From NCBI GenBank assembly GCA_963833225.1, contig CAWHXD010000019.1:544001-608000 (forward strand): a stretch of DNA of 64,000 bases, written 5' to 3'. How positions within the stretch are numbered: the stretch's first letter is position 1; each line of letters opens with the position of its first letter. Both the position numbers and the translations under genes were made by a program. Positions 12,002 through 21,414 of the stretch are shown in pieces. The DNA is from an uncultured Chloroflexia bacterium. Lineage in GTDB: Bacteria > Chloroflexota > Limnocylindria > Limnocylindrales > CSP1-4. The notes under the pieces were generated by a model, which ran no database searches, was not told the DNA's origin, and saw nothing but the letters and a program-made list of their open reading frames with translations.

Positions 12002-13152
12002 GGCTGGGTCTCCTCGGTTCCCTGGGCGACGTCGGGAGCCGGCGGGCCGCCCGTTGCGGGGTTGTCGGGGGTCGTGCGGCGCCGGCGCCAGGCCAGCAGG
12101 GTCTCATCGAGCTCCAGGCGGCCGAACAGGCCGTCGGACCGGCGGTACATGACGAAGATGATGGCCAGCCCCAGCGTGACCTCCTGCAGCCCGAAGATGC
12201 CCTGCAGCGTGAAGTCGCCCACGGTGAAGCCGCTGAGGAGGCCCTCGAGGCGGCGGGCCATCTCGGTCAGCAAGGAGATCAGCACAGCCCCGCCGACCGC
12301 GCCGGTGACGGTCGTCGATCCGCCCACCACCAGCATCGCCAGCAGGGCGAACTGGAGGGTGAAGTAGAACTGCTTGGGCGAGAAGGCCGTCAGGGTGTGT
12401 CCCAGCAGGACGCCCGCCACTCCCACAACCAGCGCACTCAGCATCCACGCGACCAGCCGCAGGTTGGGGATGTCGATCCCCATCGACCGCGCCGCCAGCT
12501 CGTCCTCGCGGCTCGCCCGGATCCGCAGGCCGGTGGTGGACTCGCGGAACAGGCGGGCGACGAAGATCGCACCCAGGGCGGCCAGCAGGCACAGCCAGAT
12601 GGTCACGTCGGGCGGTACCCCGTAGAACGTCTGCGAGCCGCGGGTGATGTCGGCGGCGCCCACCAGCACCACGTAGACGATCATCAGCATCGACAGGGTC
12701 GCGATCGGGGTTGCCGCGGCCGACAGCCTTGAGAGCGGCACCCCGAACAGGAGGGCGACGACGGCGACCACCCCGAGCGCCACGAGCAGCGCCCCCAGCA
12801 GCGGCAGCTGGATCTCCCGCAGGAACGGCACGATGTTGGGCAGCGCCTGGGCCTTGATGATGGGATCCATGGTCAGGATCCCGCTCGCGTAGGCGGCCAC
12901 GCCCATGAATGCCGCGTGGCCGAAGGTCAGGATCCCGGTGTTGCCGCTGTAGATCCCGAAGCCGACGACGGCCACCAGCGCGATCAGGAAGTTCTGGGTG
13001 ACCTGCTGCTCGGCAGGGCCTAGCCCGATCGCGATCAGCGCGGTCAGAACCACGAGTGGCGCGCCCAGTGTGGTGAGGCCGGCCAGGGCCCGGACGACCG
13101 GAACATCGGTGGACAGGTGGCGGCCGGCGACCCGGAACGTGGTCTCGCTCAT
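11998..13152 (-). CDS. Branched-chain amino-acid type ABC permease (LivM-like)
   Basis: GILTFGHAAFMG, GLRIRASREDELAARSMGI, VVGG; multi-TM; start overlaps the neighbouring stop. Confidence 0.9.
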   Translation of the reverse strand: MSETTFRVAGRHLSTDVPVVRALAGLTTLGAPLVVLTALIAIGLGPAEQQVTQNFLIALVAVVGFGIYSGNTGILTFGHAAFMGVAAYASGILTMDPIIKAQALPNIVPFLREIQLPLLGALLVALGVVAVVALLFGVPLSRLSAAATPIATLSMLMIVYVVLVGAADITRGSQTFYGVPPDVTIWLCLLAALGAIFVARLFRESTTGLRIRASREDELAARSMGIDIPNLRLVAWMLSALVVGVAGVLLGHTLTAFSPKQFYFTLQFALLAMLVVGGSTTVTGAVGGAVLISLLTEMARRLEGLLSGFTVGDFTLQGIFGLQEVTLGLAIIFVMYRRSDGLFGRLELDETLLAWRRRRTTPDNPATGGPPAPDVAQGTEETQP

Positions 13153-14036
13153 GCGCGGTCCGTCGCGCGGCCCAGCAGGCCCTGCGGGCGCCACAGCAGG
13201 ATCACGATGACGATGGTCAGCGCCACCGCGTCCTTGAATGGGAGGGCGGCCTCCGGAAGCCATGCCTGGAGCATGATCTCGATGAATCCGAAGACGAACC
13301 CGCCGAGGACCGCTCCGGGGAGGCTGCCGAGCCCGCCCATGACCGCCGCGATGAAGGCCTTGATCACGGGCGTCAGGCCCATGGCGGGCTCGACTGAGCC
13401 GCGCTGGGCGACGTACAGGAACGCGGCCACGCCGGCCAGCAGGCCCGAGATCCCGAACGCGGTCGCGATCACGCGGTCGGCCCGGATGCCCATCAGCCTG
13501 GCGACCGAGAAGTCCTGGGCGGCCGCCCGCATGCTGATCCCCATCGTCGTCCGGCGCAGGAACACGGTGATCAGGGCAAGCGACACGAGCACCAGCACGA
13601 TGGCGGTGAGCTGGATCAGGCCGATGCCAATCCCGAACACCGGGATCACCTGGCTCATCTCGGGCGGCAGCTGGATCCCGCGGGGCCGCGGGGAGATCAC
13701 GTTCTGGAACGTGACCTGCAGGATGATCGACACTGCGAAGCTGGTCAGTAGCATCGTGGCTCCGCTCGAGCCACGGACCGGGCGGAAGGCGACCCGCTCC
13801 ATGGTCACGGCCGCTGCCATCCCGGTCAGCACGGCCGCAGCCAGCACAAGTGGCAGCGGCGCCCCGAAGGCGACCGTCGCGACCCACATCGCGTAGCCGC
13901 CCAGGGTCATGATCTCGCCGTGGGCGAAGTTGACCATGCCCATGATGCTGAACACGATCGCCAGCCCCAGGGCGAGCAGGGCGTAGATGCCGCCCAGGCT
14001 GAGCGCGTTGACGAACTGCTGGACGACGAGCTCCAT
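13149..14036 (-). CDS. Branched-chain amino-acid type ABC permease (LivH-like)
   Basis: LGGIYALLALGL, NFAHGE, MRAAAQD...LMGI, GGLGSLPGA, RPQGLLG. Confidence 0.92.
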   Translation of the reverse strand: MELVVQQFVNALSLGGIYALLALGLAIVFSIMGMVNFAHGEIMTLGGYAMWVATVAFGAPLPLVLAAAVLTGMAAAVTMERVAFRPVRGSSGATMLLTSFAVSIILQVTFQNVISPRPRGIQLPPEMSQVIPVFGIGIGLIQLTAIVLVLVSLALITVFLRRTTMGISMRAAAQDFSVARLMGIRADRVIATAFGISGLLAGVAAFLYVAQRGSVEPAMGLTPVIKAFIAAVMGGLGSLPGAVLGGFVFGFIEIMLQAWLPEAALPFKDAVALTIVIVILLWRPQGLLGRATDRA

Positions 14037-14755
14037 CAGTCAGCTCCGATCCCGAGGTAGGCGCGCTCGATTCCGCTCGAGCTGCGCAACTCGGCCGCTG
14101 AGCCTTCCATCTGGAGCTCGCCCGATGCCAGCACGTATCCTCGATCGGCGATCGAGAGGGTGAGGTCCACGTTCTGTTCCACCAGCAGGATGGTCACGCC
14201 GTCCCGGCGCAGGTCGAGGATGAGCTCGAAGATGAGATCGACGAACTTGGGCGCCAGCCCGAGCGAGGGCTCATCGAGCAGGAGCAGCCGCGGGCCGCAC
14301 ATCAGCGAGCGGGCGATGGCGAGCTGCTGCTGTTCACCGCCCGAGAGCGTGCCTGCCGCCTGCCGTCGACGTTCCGCGAGCACCGGGAAGCGCTCGTACG
14401 CCATCTCCCGCAGCTTCGGCGCCTGGGAGCGATCTCGGAGCGCGATCGCTCCCAGGAGCAGGTTCTCGTCCACCGAGAGGGTCGCGAACACGCGGCGGCC
14501 CTCCGGGGTCAGGGTCATGCCCATGCGCACGATGCGCTCGGGGCGCATGCCGACGATCCCCTGTCCATCGAAGCGGGCGTCACCCTGCACGTGCGGAACG
14601 AGGCCCATCAGGGCATTGAGCGTGCTCGACTTGCCGGCGCCGTTGGCGCCCAGCACGGCGACGATTTCGCCGGTCTCCACGTGCAGGGACAGGTCGCGGA
14701 CGGCGCGAATGGCGTCATACGCGACGGACAGCCGCTCGACGGACAGGAGGCTCAC
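14036..14755 (-). CDS. ABC ATP-binding protein (LivF-like)
   Basis: [39 protein letters not shown]. Confidence 0.93.
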   Translation of the reverse strand: MSLLSVERLSVAYDAIRAVRDLSLHVETGEIVAVLGANGAGKSSTLNALMGLVPHVQGDARFDGQGIVGMRPERIVRMGMTLTPEGRRVFATLSVDENLLLGAIALRDRSQAPKLREMAYERFPVLAERRRQAAGTLSGGEQQQLAIARSLMCGPRLLLLDEPSLGLAPKFVDLIFELILDLRRDGVTILLVEQNVDLTLSIADRGYVLASGELQMEGSAAELRSSSGIERAYLGIGAD

Positions 14756-14771
14756 GGTCTGGGGGTCTGGG

Positions 14772-15944
14772 TTAGGGGGCCGGAATGTCGGCCGAGTCGG
14801 GCTGGAGCGTGTCGAGCAGCTCGAACTGACCGTTCTTGATGGTCACGAGGTACACGGTCTTGAGCGGAATCCGGTTCTGTCCCTTGTAGGTGATCGAGCC
14901 GGTCGCGCCCTGGACGTTCTCCAGGTTGTCGATCGCGTCGCGCACCTTGGCCGGATCGGTGGTCCCAGCGGCGGTGACGCCTGCCTCCACGACTTTGATC
15001 AGGTCGTAGCCGGTGGCAGCGAACACGCTGTCGGGCGGCGACCCGTACTCAGCCTCGTAGTTGGCCCAGAACGTGGCGGTCGGGGTGCCCTCGGCCGGGA
15101 AGCCGTGAGTGGTGAACACCAAGCCCTCGACAGCCGGGCCGCCGGCGCTGATGGTGTCCTGCGAGTCGACGCCGTCGATCGAGATGACCGGGATGGTCAC
15201 GCCGGCGGCGCGAAGCTGCTTGATGAAGGTGGGCGCGTCCGGCGGGTAGGCCGGCGTCATGATCACGTCCGGTGCCGGCGACATCGCCTGGATCTTGGTC
15301 ACCTCGGCGCTGAAGTCGGCCGCTCCGAGGGTGAACGAGCCGCGCCCGACGATCGAGCCGCCCTTCTTCTCGAACACCTGCGCGAAGTAGTCGCACGACT
15401 TCGACGTGTACGAGGAATTGGGCGAGCACAGCAGGTAGGCGGTCTTGTAGCCGGTGTTGGCGGCGTACGTGGCGAGCGCGGTGGCCTGGGTGTTGTCGCC
15501 GAACACGCTCATGAACATGAAGTCGCCCACCGATGCCGGCAGGATCGGCGAGGTGGCCGCGGTCGACATCGTCGGCACGCCGGCCTTCTGGGCGATCTGG
15601 CCGGCCGCGGTGCACGGATCAGCATCCGAGGTGCAGATCAGGAACTTGACCCCCTTGGAGATCAGGTCCTGCGCCACGACCGCGCTCTGGGCGGCCTCGG
15701 AGCGGTTGTCCTGGAGGGTCAGCTCGATCTTCCACTTGCCGTCGATGCCGCCCTTGTCGTTGATCTCCTTGATTGCCAGCTGGACGCCCTTGGATGCCGG
15801 GACGTCCGAGTAGGCGAGCAGACCAGTCTGTGACGAGTCGTAGCCGATGGGATAGGTGCCGCTGTCGCCGCCGCCACTGCTCCCGCAGGCAGCCACGATG
15901 AGCATGGCCGCAGCGGCCATGCTGAGTGTCGTGCGAGCATTCAC
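14772..15944 (-). CDS. ABC substrate-binding lipoprotein (Leu/Ile/Val-binding family)
   Basis: AGGAGGAG SD before GTG 15944; lipobox IVAAC; [16 protein letters not shown]. Confidence 0.88.
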   Translation of the reverse strand: MNARTTLSMAAAAMLIVAACGSSGGGDSGTYPIGYDSSQTGLLAYSDVPASKGVQLAIKEINDKGGIDGKWKIELTLQDNRSEAAQSAVVAQDLISKGVKFLICTSDADPCTAAGQIAQKAGVPTMSTAATSPILPASVGDFMFMSVFGDNTQATALATYAANTGYKTAYLLCSPNSSYTSKSCDYFAQVFEKKGGSIVGRGSFTLGAADFSAEVTKIQAMSPAPDVIMTPAYPPDAPTFIKQLRAAGVTIPVISIDGVDSQDTISAGGPAVEGLVFTTHGFPAEGTPTATFWANYEAEYGSPPDSVFAATGYDLIKVVEAGVTAAGTTDPAKVRDAIDNLENVQGATGSITYKGQNRIPLKTVYLVTIKNGQFELLDTLQPDSADIPAP

Positions 15945-16071
15945 TGCTGCATCTCCTCCTTCGTCCATGCGGACTTGAATCCCCCCGCCGGCGGCAACCC
16001 GCAAGGGCCTGGCCGCCCGTTTGCTAGGCTCCGAGGCTGCTGCTCCCGGCCCGTGCGTCCGGTCTCGCCGC

Positions 16072-16890
16072 CTACTGGGCCACCGCCCCCGGCTGCGGAT
16101 CGCCCGATACGGTAGTCGCCTCGCGGCGCACAGCGCGGCGACCCAGGTAGGCCTCGCGCACCGCGGGATCATCGGTGATCTGGGCCGCAGTCCCAGCGGC
16201 GATTCGCTGCCCCTCGTTGAGGACGACGATCCTGTCGGCGAGTCGCATGATCAGTCGGAGGTCGTGCTCGACCACCAGGATGCCCAACCCGTGCGTCGGG
16301 CGGAGCTCCGCGATCAGCCCCCGCAGCTCGTCCGACTCCGCCTCGTTGGCGCCAGCCGCGGGCTCGTCCAGGAGCAGGAACAGGGGTTGTGTTGCGAGCG
16401 CCCGAGCGATCTCCAGGCGCCGTCGGAGCCCGTAGGCGAGGGTCGACGCCCGGCGGTCGGCGATGTTCAGCAGCCCAGTCTCGCGCAGCACGTCCCGCGC
16501 GGCGCGCCGGAGGGCCGCGCCACCGAGCCGGTCCGGGCGCAGCGCGGCCCCGACCTCGACGTTCTCGAGCACCGACAGGTGGCTGAACAGGCGGATGTTC
16601 TGGAACGTCCGTGCGATCCCCAGGGCCGCCATCTTGTGTGCCGGCAGGTGGGTGATGTCACGCTCGTCGAGGCGGATGTGCCCGCCGGTTGGGATCAATA
16701 CGCCGGACAGCACGTTGAGCAGCGTTGTCTTGCCCGACCCGTTGGGCCCGACAAGGCCCACGATCTCGCCCTGGGTGAGATCGAGATCCACCGACCGGAG
16801 CGCCTGCAGGCCGCTGAAGCGCATGTCGATCCCGTGCGCCGAGACGCGACGGGGGGGAACGGTGGGTCGCGCGGGATTTGGGTCGATCAC
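16072..16890 (-). CDS. ABC ATP-binding protein (LivG-like)
   Basis: GPNGSGKTT, ARTFQNIRLF, LEIARAL, LLDEPAAG, VEHD, AYLG; start uncertain. Confidence 0.9.
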   Translation of the reverse strand: MIDPNPARPTVPPRRVSAHGIDMRFSGLQALRSVDLDLTQGEIVGLVGPNGSGKTTLLNVLSGVLIPTGGHIRLDERDITHLPAHKMAALGIARTFQNIRLFSHLSVLENVEVGAALRPDRLGGAALRRAARDVLRETGLLNIADRRASTLAYGLRRRLEIARALATQPLFLLLDEPAAGANEAESDELRGLIAELRPTHGLGILVVEHDLRLIMRLADRIVVLNEGQRIAAGTAAQITDDPAVREAYLGRRAVRREATTVSGDPQPGAVAQ

Positions 16891-16995
16891 GGCGTTCCTG
16901 CTGCAGGAGGTCGGCTCGGAAGAGGGATGGCGGTGGCGGAATGTGGAAGACGCGACATTCGGGTTCGACTTTGCATTCCGCAAGCGCGACGGCGA

Positions 16996-17037
16996 CTTGC
17001 AGGGGCCCAGCCTACGCTTGCAGGGGCCCAGCCTACG
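16996..17037. repeat. Perfect 21-bp tandem duplication in the divergent promoter region
   Basis: CTTGCAGGGGCCCAGCCTACG at 16996-17016 and 17017-17037. Confidence 0.9.
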
Positions 17038-17145
17038 ACGGACCGCGCGGGAATGCACGTCCCCGATTTACAATTCGCAATCGAAGGACGCGGCTTCGAA
17101 ACCGCCGCCCTGCTGGTAGCCCTCGTTCTCGACAGAAGGATTCCC

Positions 17146-17973
17146 GTGGACGACGACGTCGAACGCCCGCCCGTCTCCGGCAGCAGCGCGATGGTGCCGC
17201 CGCGATTCCTGCGGCGCGCGAAGGTGCTCGAGGTGGTGCGCCGGAACCAGTTCGCGTCGGTCGCGGACCTGAGCGAGACATTCGGTGTCTCGGAGGTCAC
17301 CATCCGCAGCGACCTCGACGTCCTGGCGGGCGAAGGGATGATCCGCCGCGTGCGAGGCGGTGCCGTCCACCGGCCGGGGCCTGGCCTGGAGTCGCCGTTC
17401 GAGGAAGTCGAGGCACAGCGCGTTGAAGCCCGCCGCGAGATCGCGGCTGCCGCCGCCGGCATGGTCTCCAGCGGACAGTCCGTGCTGCTCGACGGCGGTG
17501 TGACCGTGACCGCCACGGCGCGCGCGATCGCGGCCCGAGAGGACCTCCACGACGTCACCGTCATCACCAACAGCGTGCCGGTGGCGCTCGCCCTCGAGTC
17601 CGCGATCCCGCGGATCACGGTGATGCTCAGCGGAGGGACCCTTCGCCGTCTGCAGCACACGCTCGTGAACCCGTTCGGAACGACCGTCCTCGAGCAGGTG
17701 CACGGCCACCTGGCGATCCTCGAAGCCGACGGGATCGACGCGTCGGCTGGGGTCACCCACATCAATGTCGCTGAGGTCGAGATCAAGCGGTTGCTGATGC
17801 GGGCGGCCCGCCAGCGGGTGCTCGTGGCCGACGCCCCGAGCGTTGGAGCTGTCAGCCTCGTCCACCTGTACCCGATCGGCGAGCTCGACGAGCTGATCAC
17901 GAGCCCCGACGCTGATCCCGATGCTCTCGGCGCCCTGCGCGACGAGGGACTTGAGATCCGGCTCACGGGATGA
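17146..17973 (+). CDS. DeoR/GlpR family transcriptional regulator
   Basis: SVADLSETFGVSEVTIRSDL...RRVRGGA, LDGGVT, VITNS, LSGG; AGAAGGA SD; TACAAT at 17069-17074. Confidence 0.92.
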   Translation: MDDDVERPPVSGSSAMVPPRFLRRAKVLEVVRRNQFASVADLSETFGVSEVTIRSDLDVLAGEGMIRRVRGGAVHRPGPGLESPFEEVEAQRVEARREIAAAAAGMVSSGQSVLLDGGVTVTATARAIAAREDLHDVTVITNSVPVALALESAIPRITVMLSGGTLRRLQHTLVNPFGTTVLEQVHGHLAILEADGIDASAGVTHINVAEVEIKRLLMRAARQRVLVADAPSVGAVSLVHLYPIGELDELITSPDADPDALGALRDEGLEIRLTG

Positions 17974-17988
17974 CCGAGGGAGCCATCC

Positions 17989-18945
17989 ATGCACTCGTCG
18001 TCGTACCACCTGCCCCTGCCGGCCCTGTCGCTCGGCTGGAGCCGGGACCACGACCCGCGACTGAGCGTTCCGTCGGGTGCGGAGATCGTGGTCGATGCCC
18101 CCGACTGTTCGAACGGGCAGGTTCTGCCCGGCGCCGGGGCGCAGGTGATCGAGACGATCGACTGGGACCAGGTGGACCTGATCTCCGGCCCGGTGCACGT
18201 GGAGGGCGCCCTGGCGGGGGATGTGCTCCAGGTCGACCTGCTCGAGGTCGAGTGCGGCCGAACTGGGTTCTCGGCGAACTACCCGGGCTCGGGGCTGCTC
18301 CCCGACGACTTCCCCGATGCCTGGGTGTACGTGTGGGAGGTGGGTCGCGACTGGTCCCGGTACGTCCATGACATCTCCGTGCCCACCGAGCCCATGGTGG
18401 GCATTGTCGGCTGTACCCCGGCGGCACCCGGGGTCCTGTCATCGATCCCGCCGCTGCGCACCGGCGGCAACATGGATGCCAAGCACATCGGGCCTGGCAC
18501 AACGGTGTACCTGCCCGTCGAGGTGGATGGAGCCTTGTTCGGCACCGGAGACCCTCACGCCGCCCAGGGCGATGGCGAGGTGGGCGGCTCGGGCATCGAG
18601 GTACCGATGCAGATCAGGCTCCGATTGACCGTGCGCCACGACCTGCAGCTGGACGCGCCCGAGTACGAGGTGCGACGGCCGCTCGAGCGGGCGAGCGCCG
18701 CCGCCGCCGGCTACTACGTCACCACGGGGATCGGAACCGATCTCTACGCGGCGTCCCAGGCGGCCGTCCGGCGCATGATCGACCGGCTCACCCGGACTCG
18801 CGGGCTTGAGCCCATCGAGGCGTACGAGCTGTGCTCCGTGGCCATGGACCTCAAGATCAGCGAGATCGTCGACCATCCCAACTACGTGGTCTCCGCCTAC
18901 CTCCCGAACGATGTGTTCGACGAGGTGCGACGCTCGCTACGCTGA
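17989..18945 (+). CDS. Acetamidase/formamidase family protein
   Basis: GPVHVEGA, GGNMD, GDPHAAQGDGEV..GIE, AYELCS. Confidence 0.9.
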   Translation: MHSSSYHLPLPALSLGWSRDHDPRLSVPSGAEIVVDAPDCSNGQVLPGAGAQVIETIDWDQVDLISGPVHVEGALAGDVLQVDLLEVECGRTGFSANYPGSGLLPDDFPDAWVYVWEVGRDWSRYVHDISVPTEPMVGIVGCTPAAPGVLSSIPPLRTGGNMDAKHIGPGTTVYLPVEVDGALFGTGDPHAAQGDGEVGGSGIEVPMQIRLRLTVRHDLQLDAPEYEVRRPLERASAAAAGYYVTTGIGTDLYAASQAAVRRMIDRLTRTRGLEPIEAYELCSVAMDLKISEIVDHPNYVVSAYLPNDVFDEVRRSLR

Positions 18946-18974
18946 GGGTTGCGAAGGCGGAGCAGGAGGGTCCA

Positions 18975-20339
18975 GTGGTTGCGGCACGCGCGGCGGAGAC
19001 GATGCTCCGCCTGGAGGAGGTCGGCGCAGACGCCCTGTGGGTCGTGTACCACAACTACGGGGCGCTGAGCCAGGGCAAGGTCGTGCCCCGCCACCGGTTC
19101 GAGGACGTCGCCCGGAACGGGGTCACCTTTGCGCGGGCGAACTGGGACTTCGCGATGACCGATGACCAGCTGCCGCACGCGGGCTTCGCCGCCGACAGCG
19201 GTGACTTCCGGGTCGTTCCCGATCCGGACACGATCGTCGCAATGGCCCATCGACCCGGTGTGGCCCAGGCCTACGGGTGGTTGGTCGACGCGAATCTGGA
19301 GCCGTGGGCGGGTGATCCACGGGGCCGTCTTCGGGCTGCGGTGGCCGCGCTTGCCGACCGTGACATCGAGGTCTCGATGGCCTTCGAGACCGAGTTCGCG
19401 CTTGCCGCCCGGGACGGATCCGACTGGGAGCCCAGCGATCGGTCGCGGATGTTCGTGATCGACGAGGTGGATTCGCGGTGGCCGTGGGTCGCGGATGTCC
19501 TAGGCTCGCTCGACGCGGCCGGCATCCCTGTCCACCAGTTCGCCAAGGAGTACGGTCCTGCCCAGTATGAGCTCAGCTTCCTGCCCAGCGATCCCGTGGT
19601 GGCCGTAGACCGGTTCCTGCTTGCCCGCCAGCTTGTCAAGTCCCTGGCTGGCCGTGAGGGCCTCAGCGCCACGTTCATGCCCAGGCCATGGACGGATCTG
19701 CCTGCCAATGGCGTCCACGTCCACGTCTCGCTGACCGGAGGTGACGGTCGCGCGCTGATCCCCGATCCCGTGGACCCGTCGGCCCTGTCCGAGACCGGGC
19801 ACCATGCCGTGGCCGGGCTGCTGGAGCACAGTGCCGCCCTGTGCGCGCTCACCGCGCCATCCCCCAACTCGTACCGTCGTCTGCAGCCCGGGTCATGGGC
19901 GCCCGCGCACCGGTGCTGGGGGTTTGGCAACCGGGCGGCACTCGTCCGGGTGCCCGGGACCGGCGACGGCCGCCATCTCGAGTACCGGCTCGCCGACGCG
20001 ACCGCCAACCCGTACCTGCTGGCCACCGGCATCCTGGCTGCGATCGACGATGGCCTGGAGCGGCGGCTCAAGCCGCCGCCGCCGGCGACCGTCGACGTCG
20101 GCCACATGGAGGACGACGAGGCGCTCGCCCTGGGGTTCGACCGGTTGCCCTCGGATCCGCTCGCGGCGCTGACGGCCCTCGACGCCGACGCGGTGCTTCG
20201 GGCGGCGCTTGGCCCCGTCATCGCGGACCACTACCCGCGAGTGAAGCGGTTCGAGGCCGAGCTGGCCTCGGCAGCCGAGCGGGACGCGGCCGACGGCGGG
20301 GCGGCCTGGCATCGGTGGTGCTGGCTGGAGACCGTGTGA
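18975..20339 (+). CDS. Glutamine synthetase-like protein (gamma-glutamyl-amine ligase type)
   Basis: ETEF, EYGPAQYE, ATFMPRP, NGVHVHVS, NSYRRL, WGFGNR, EYRLAD..NPYL; AGGAGG SD. Confidence 0.88.
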   Translation: MVAARAAETMLRLEEVGADALWVVYHNYGALSQGKVVPRHRFEDVARNGVTFARANWDFAMTDDQLPHAGFAADSGDFRVVPDPDTIVAMAHRPGVAQAYGWLVDANLEPWAGDPRGRLRAAVAALADRDIEVSMAFETEFALAARDGSDWEPSDRSRMFVIDEVDSRWPWVADVLGSLDAAGIPVHQFAKEYGPAQYELSFLPSDPVVAVDRFLLARQLVKSLAGREGLSATFMPRPWTDLPANGVHVHVSLTGGDGRALIPDPVDPSALSETGHHAVAGLLEHSAALCALTAPSPNSYRRLQPGSWAPAHRCWGFGNRAALVRVPGTGDGRHLEYRLADATANPYLLATGILAAIDDGLERRLKPPPPATVDVGHMEDDEALALGFDRLPSDPLAALTALDADAVLRAALGPVIADHYPRVKRFEAELASAAERDAADGGAAWHRWCWLETV

Positions 20340-21340
20340 TCTCCGACGATGGCGCGAGTGGCCGGGATCAAGGGCGGGGGGCCGACGCCGTGCGGGCCCG
20401 GTTCGAGCGGCTGTTCCCCGGCCAGCAGATCACCCTGGTCGATGGGGTGGGCACGATGGCCGCGGTGTTCGACACGCTCGGGCCGCAGCGCCCGGCGACC
20501 TGCGGCGCCTACGCGCTCAGCTACCTCTTTCCCGCCCTCGGCTTCACCCGCCACGCCGGCCAGGACCTGGCCGCCGAGGATTACCTCGCCCACCTTGCCG
20601 CGGTCGCGGTCGAGGCCTACGAGATCCCCATCTCGGATGAGGTCGCGCGACGCGTCCGGACGGGCGAGCTGACCGAGGCGACGGCGCTCGAGACGCACAG
20701 CCGGGAGTGGTATCGATTCCCGGTCCGCTGGTCGGCCGACCCGGTCGTGTCCGGTACCAGCCCATCGGGCGTGGCCCGCGCCATCGCGATCGCAACCGCC
20801 GGCACCTGGGTGGCGGTACCGATCGCGGCACGCGACGAGGCCGGTGCCGTGCAGCTGGACAAGGAGCGCTGGAACCGGCTGCTCGAGGCCCTGCAGGCTC
20901 AGGTTCCGGACTGGCGGTGGCACGCGATCTTCAACTACGAGAGCGACCAGATGCTGCGACCCGACGATGCGCGCTTCACCGCCGCCAGCCTGGCAGCGGC
21001 CGACGCCCTGGAACGGGTGCCGCGCGACACCTGGGGTGTAGGGCACTTCGTGGGGCTCGCCGGGCTTTGGCGAATGGGTGGCGACGGCCCATGGTGGCTG
21101 CTGCTGCTCGACACGTACAAGCACCGTGGGTTCGATGGCTACCAGCCGCAGCCGGCCGAGCTGATGCGCCGGGCGATGGTCCGTACGGACGGGCGCGAAG
21201 GCGGGCTGTTGCTGGTGGTACCCCGCGAGAATTCTGGGGCGGCCGAATCGCTGCTGGCCGGCTTGGGCATCCCCGAGCGGATGTGGTCCAACGGGTCCCT
21301 TGAGCCCGACGACTGGGCGTGGCACCCAGAGAGCGCCTGA
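20336..21340 (+). CDS. Uncharacterised papain-fold protein (phytochelatin synthase/C39-like motifs; recalled as DUF6885-like)
   Basis: QRPATCGAYAL, GVGHFVGL, LLLLDTY; GTGA overlap with the upstream stop. Confidence 0.65.
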   Translation: MISDDGASGRDQGRGADAVRARFERLFPGQQITLVDGVGTMAAVFDTLGPQRPATCGAYALSYLFPALGFTRHAGQDLAAEDYLAHLAAVAVEAYEIPISDEVARRVRTGELTEATALETHSREWYRFPVRWSADPVVSGTSPSGVARAIAIATAGTWVAVPIAARDEAGAVQLDKERWNRLLEALQAQVPDWRWHAIFNYESDQMLRPDDARFTAASLAAADALERVPRDTWGVGHFVGLAGLWRMGGDGPWWLLLLDTYKHRGFDGYQPQPAELMRRAMVRTDGREGGLLLVVPRENSGAAESLLAGLGIPERMWSNGSLEPDDWAWHPESA

Positions 21341-21414
21341 GCGAGGGGGATCGGCGACGGCCGCGAACGCCGGATGCCGGGGTCTTCGTGGGGCTCGCCG
21401 GGATTCCGGGCGGG

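Noticed and set aside
9785-12367. Long antisense or alternative-frame ORFs (e.g. 860 aa here, 950 aa at 50631-53483, 729 aa at 41766-43955)
   Set aside because: Shadow ORFs expected at this GC content, opposite well-supported genes and Arg/Pro/Gly-rich without motifs.
11998-13887. 629-aa ORF as an extended permease
   Set aside because: The N-terminal part overlaps the LivH-like gene in another frame; the real start is ATG 13152.
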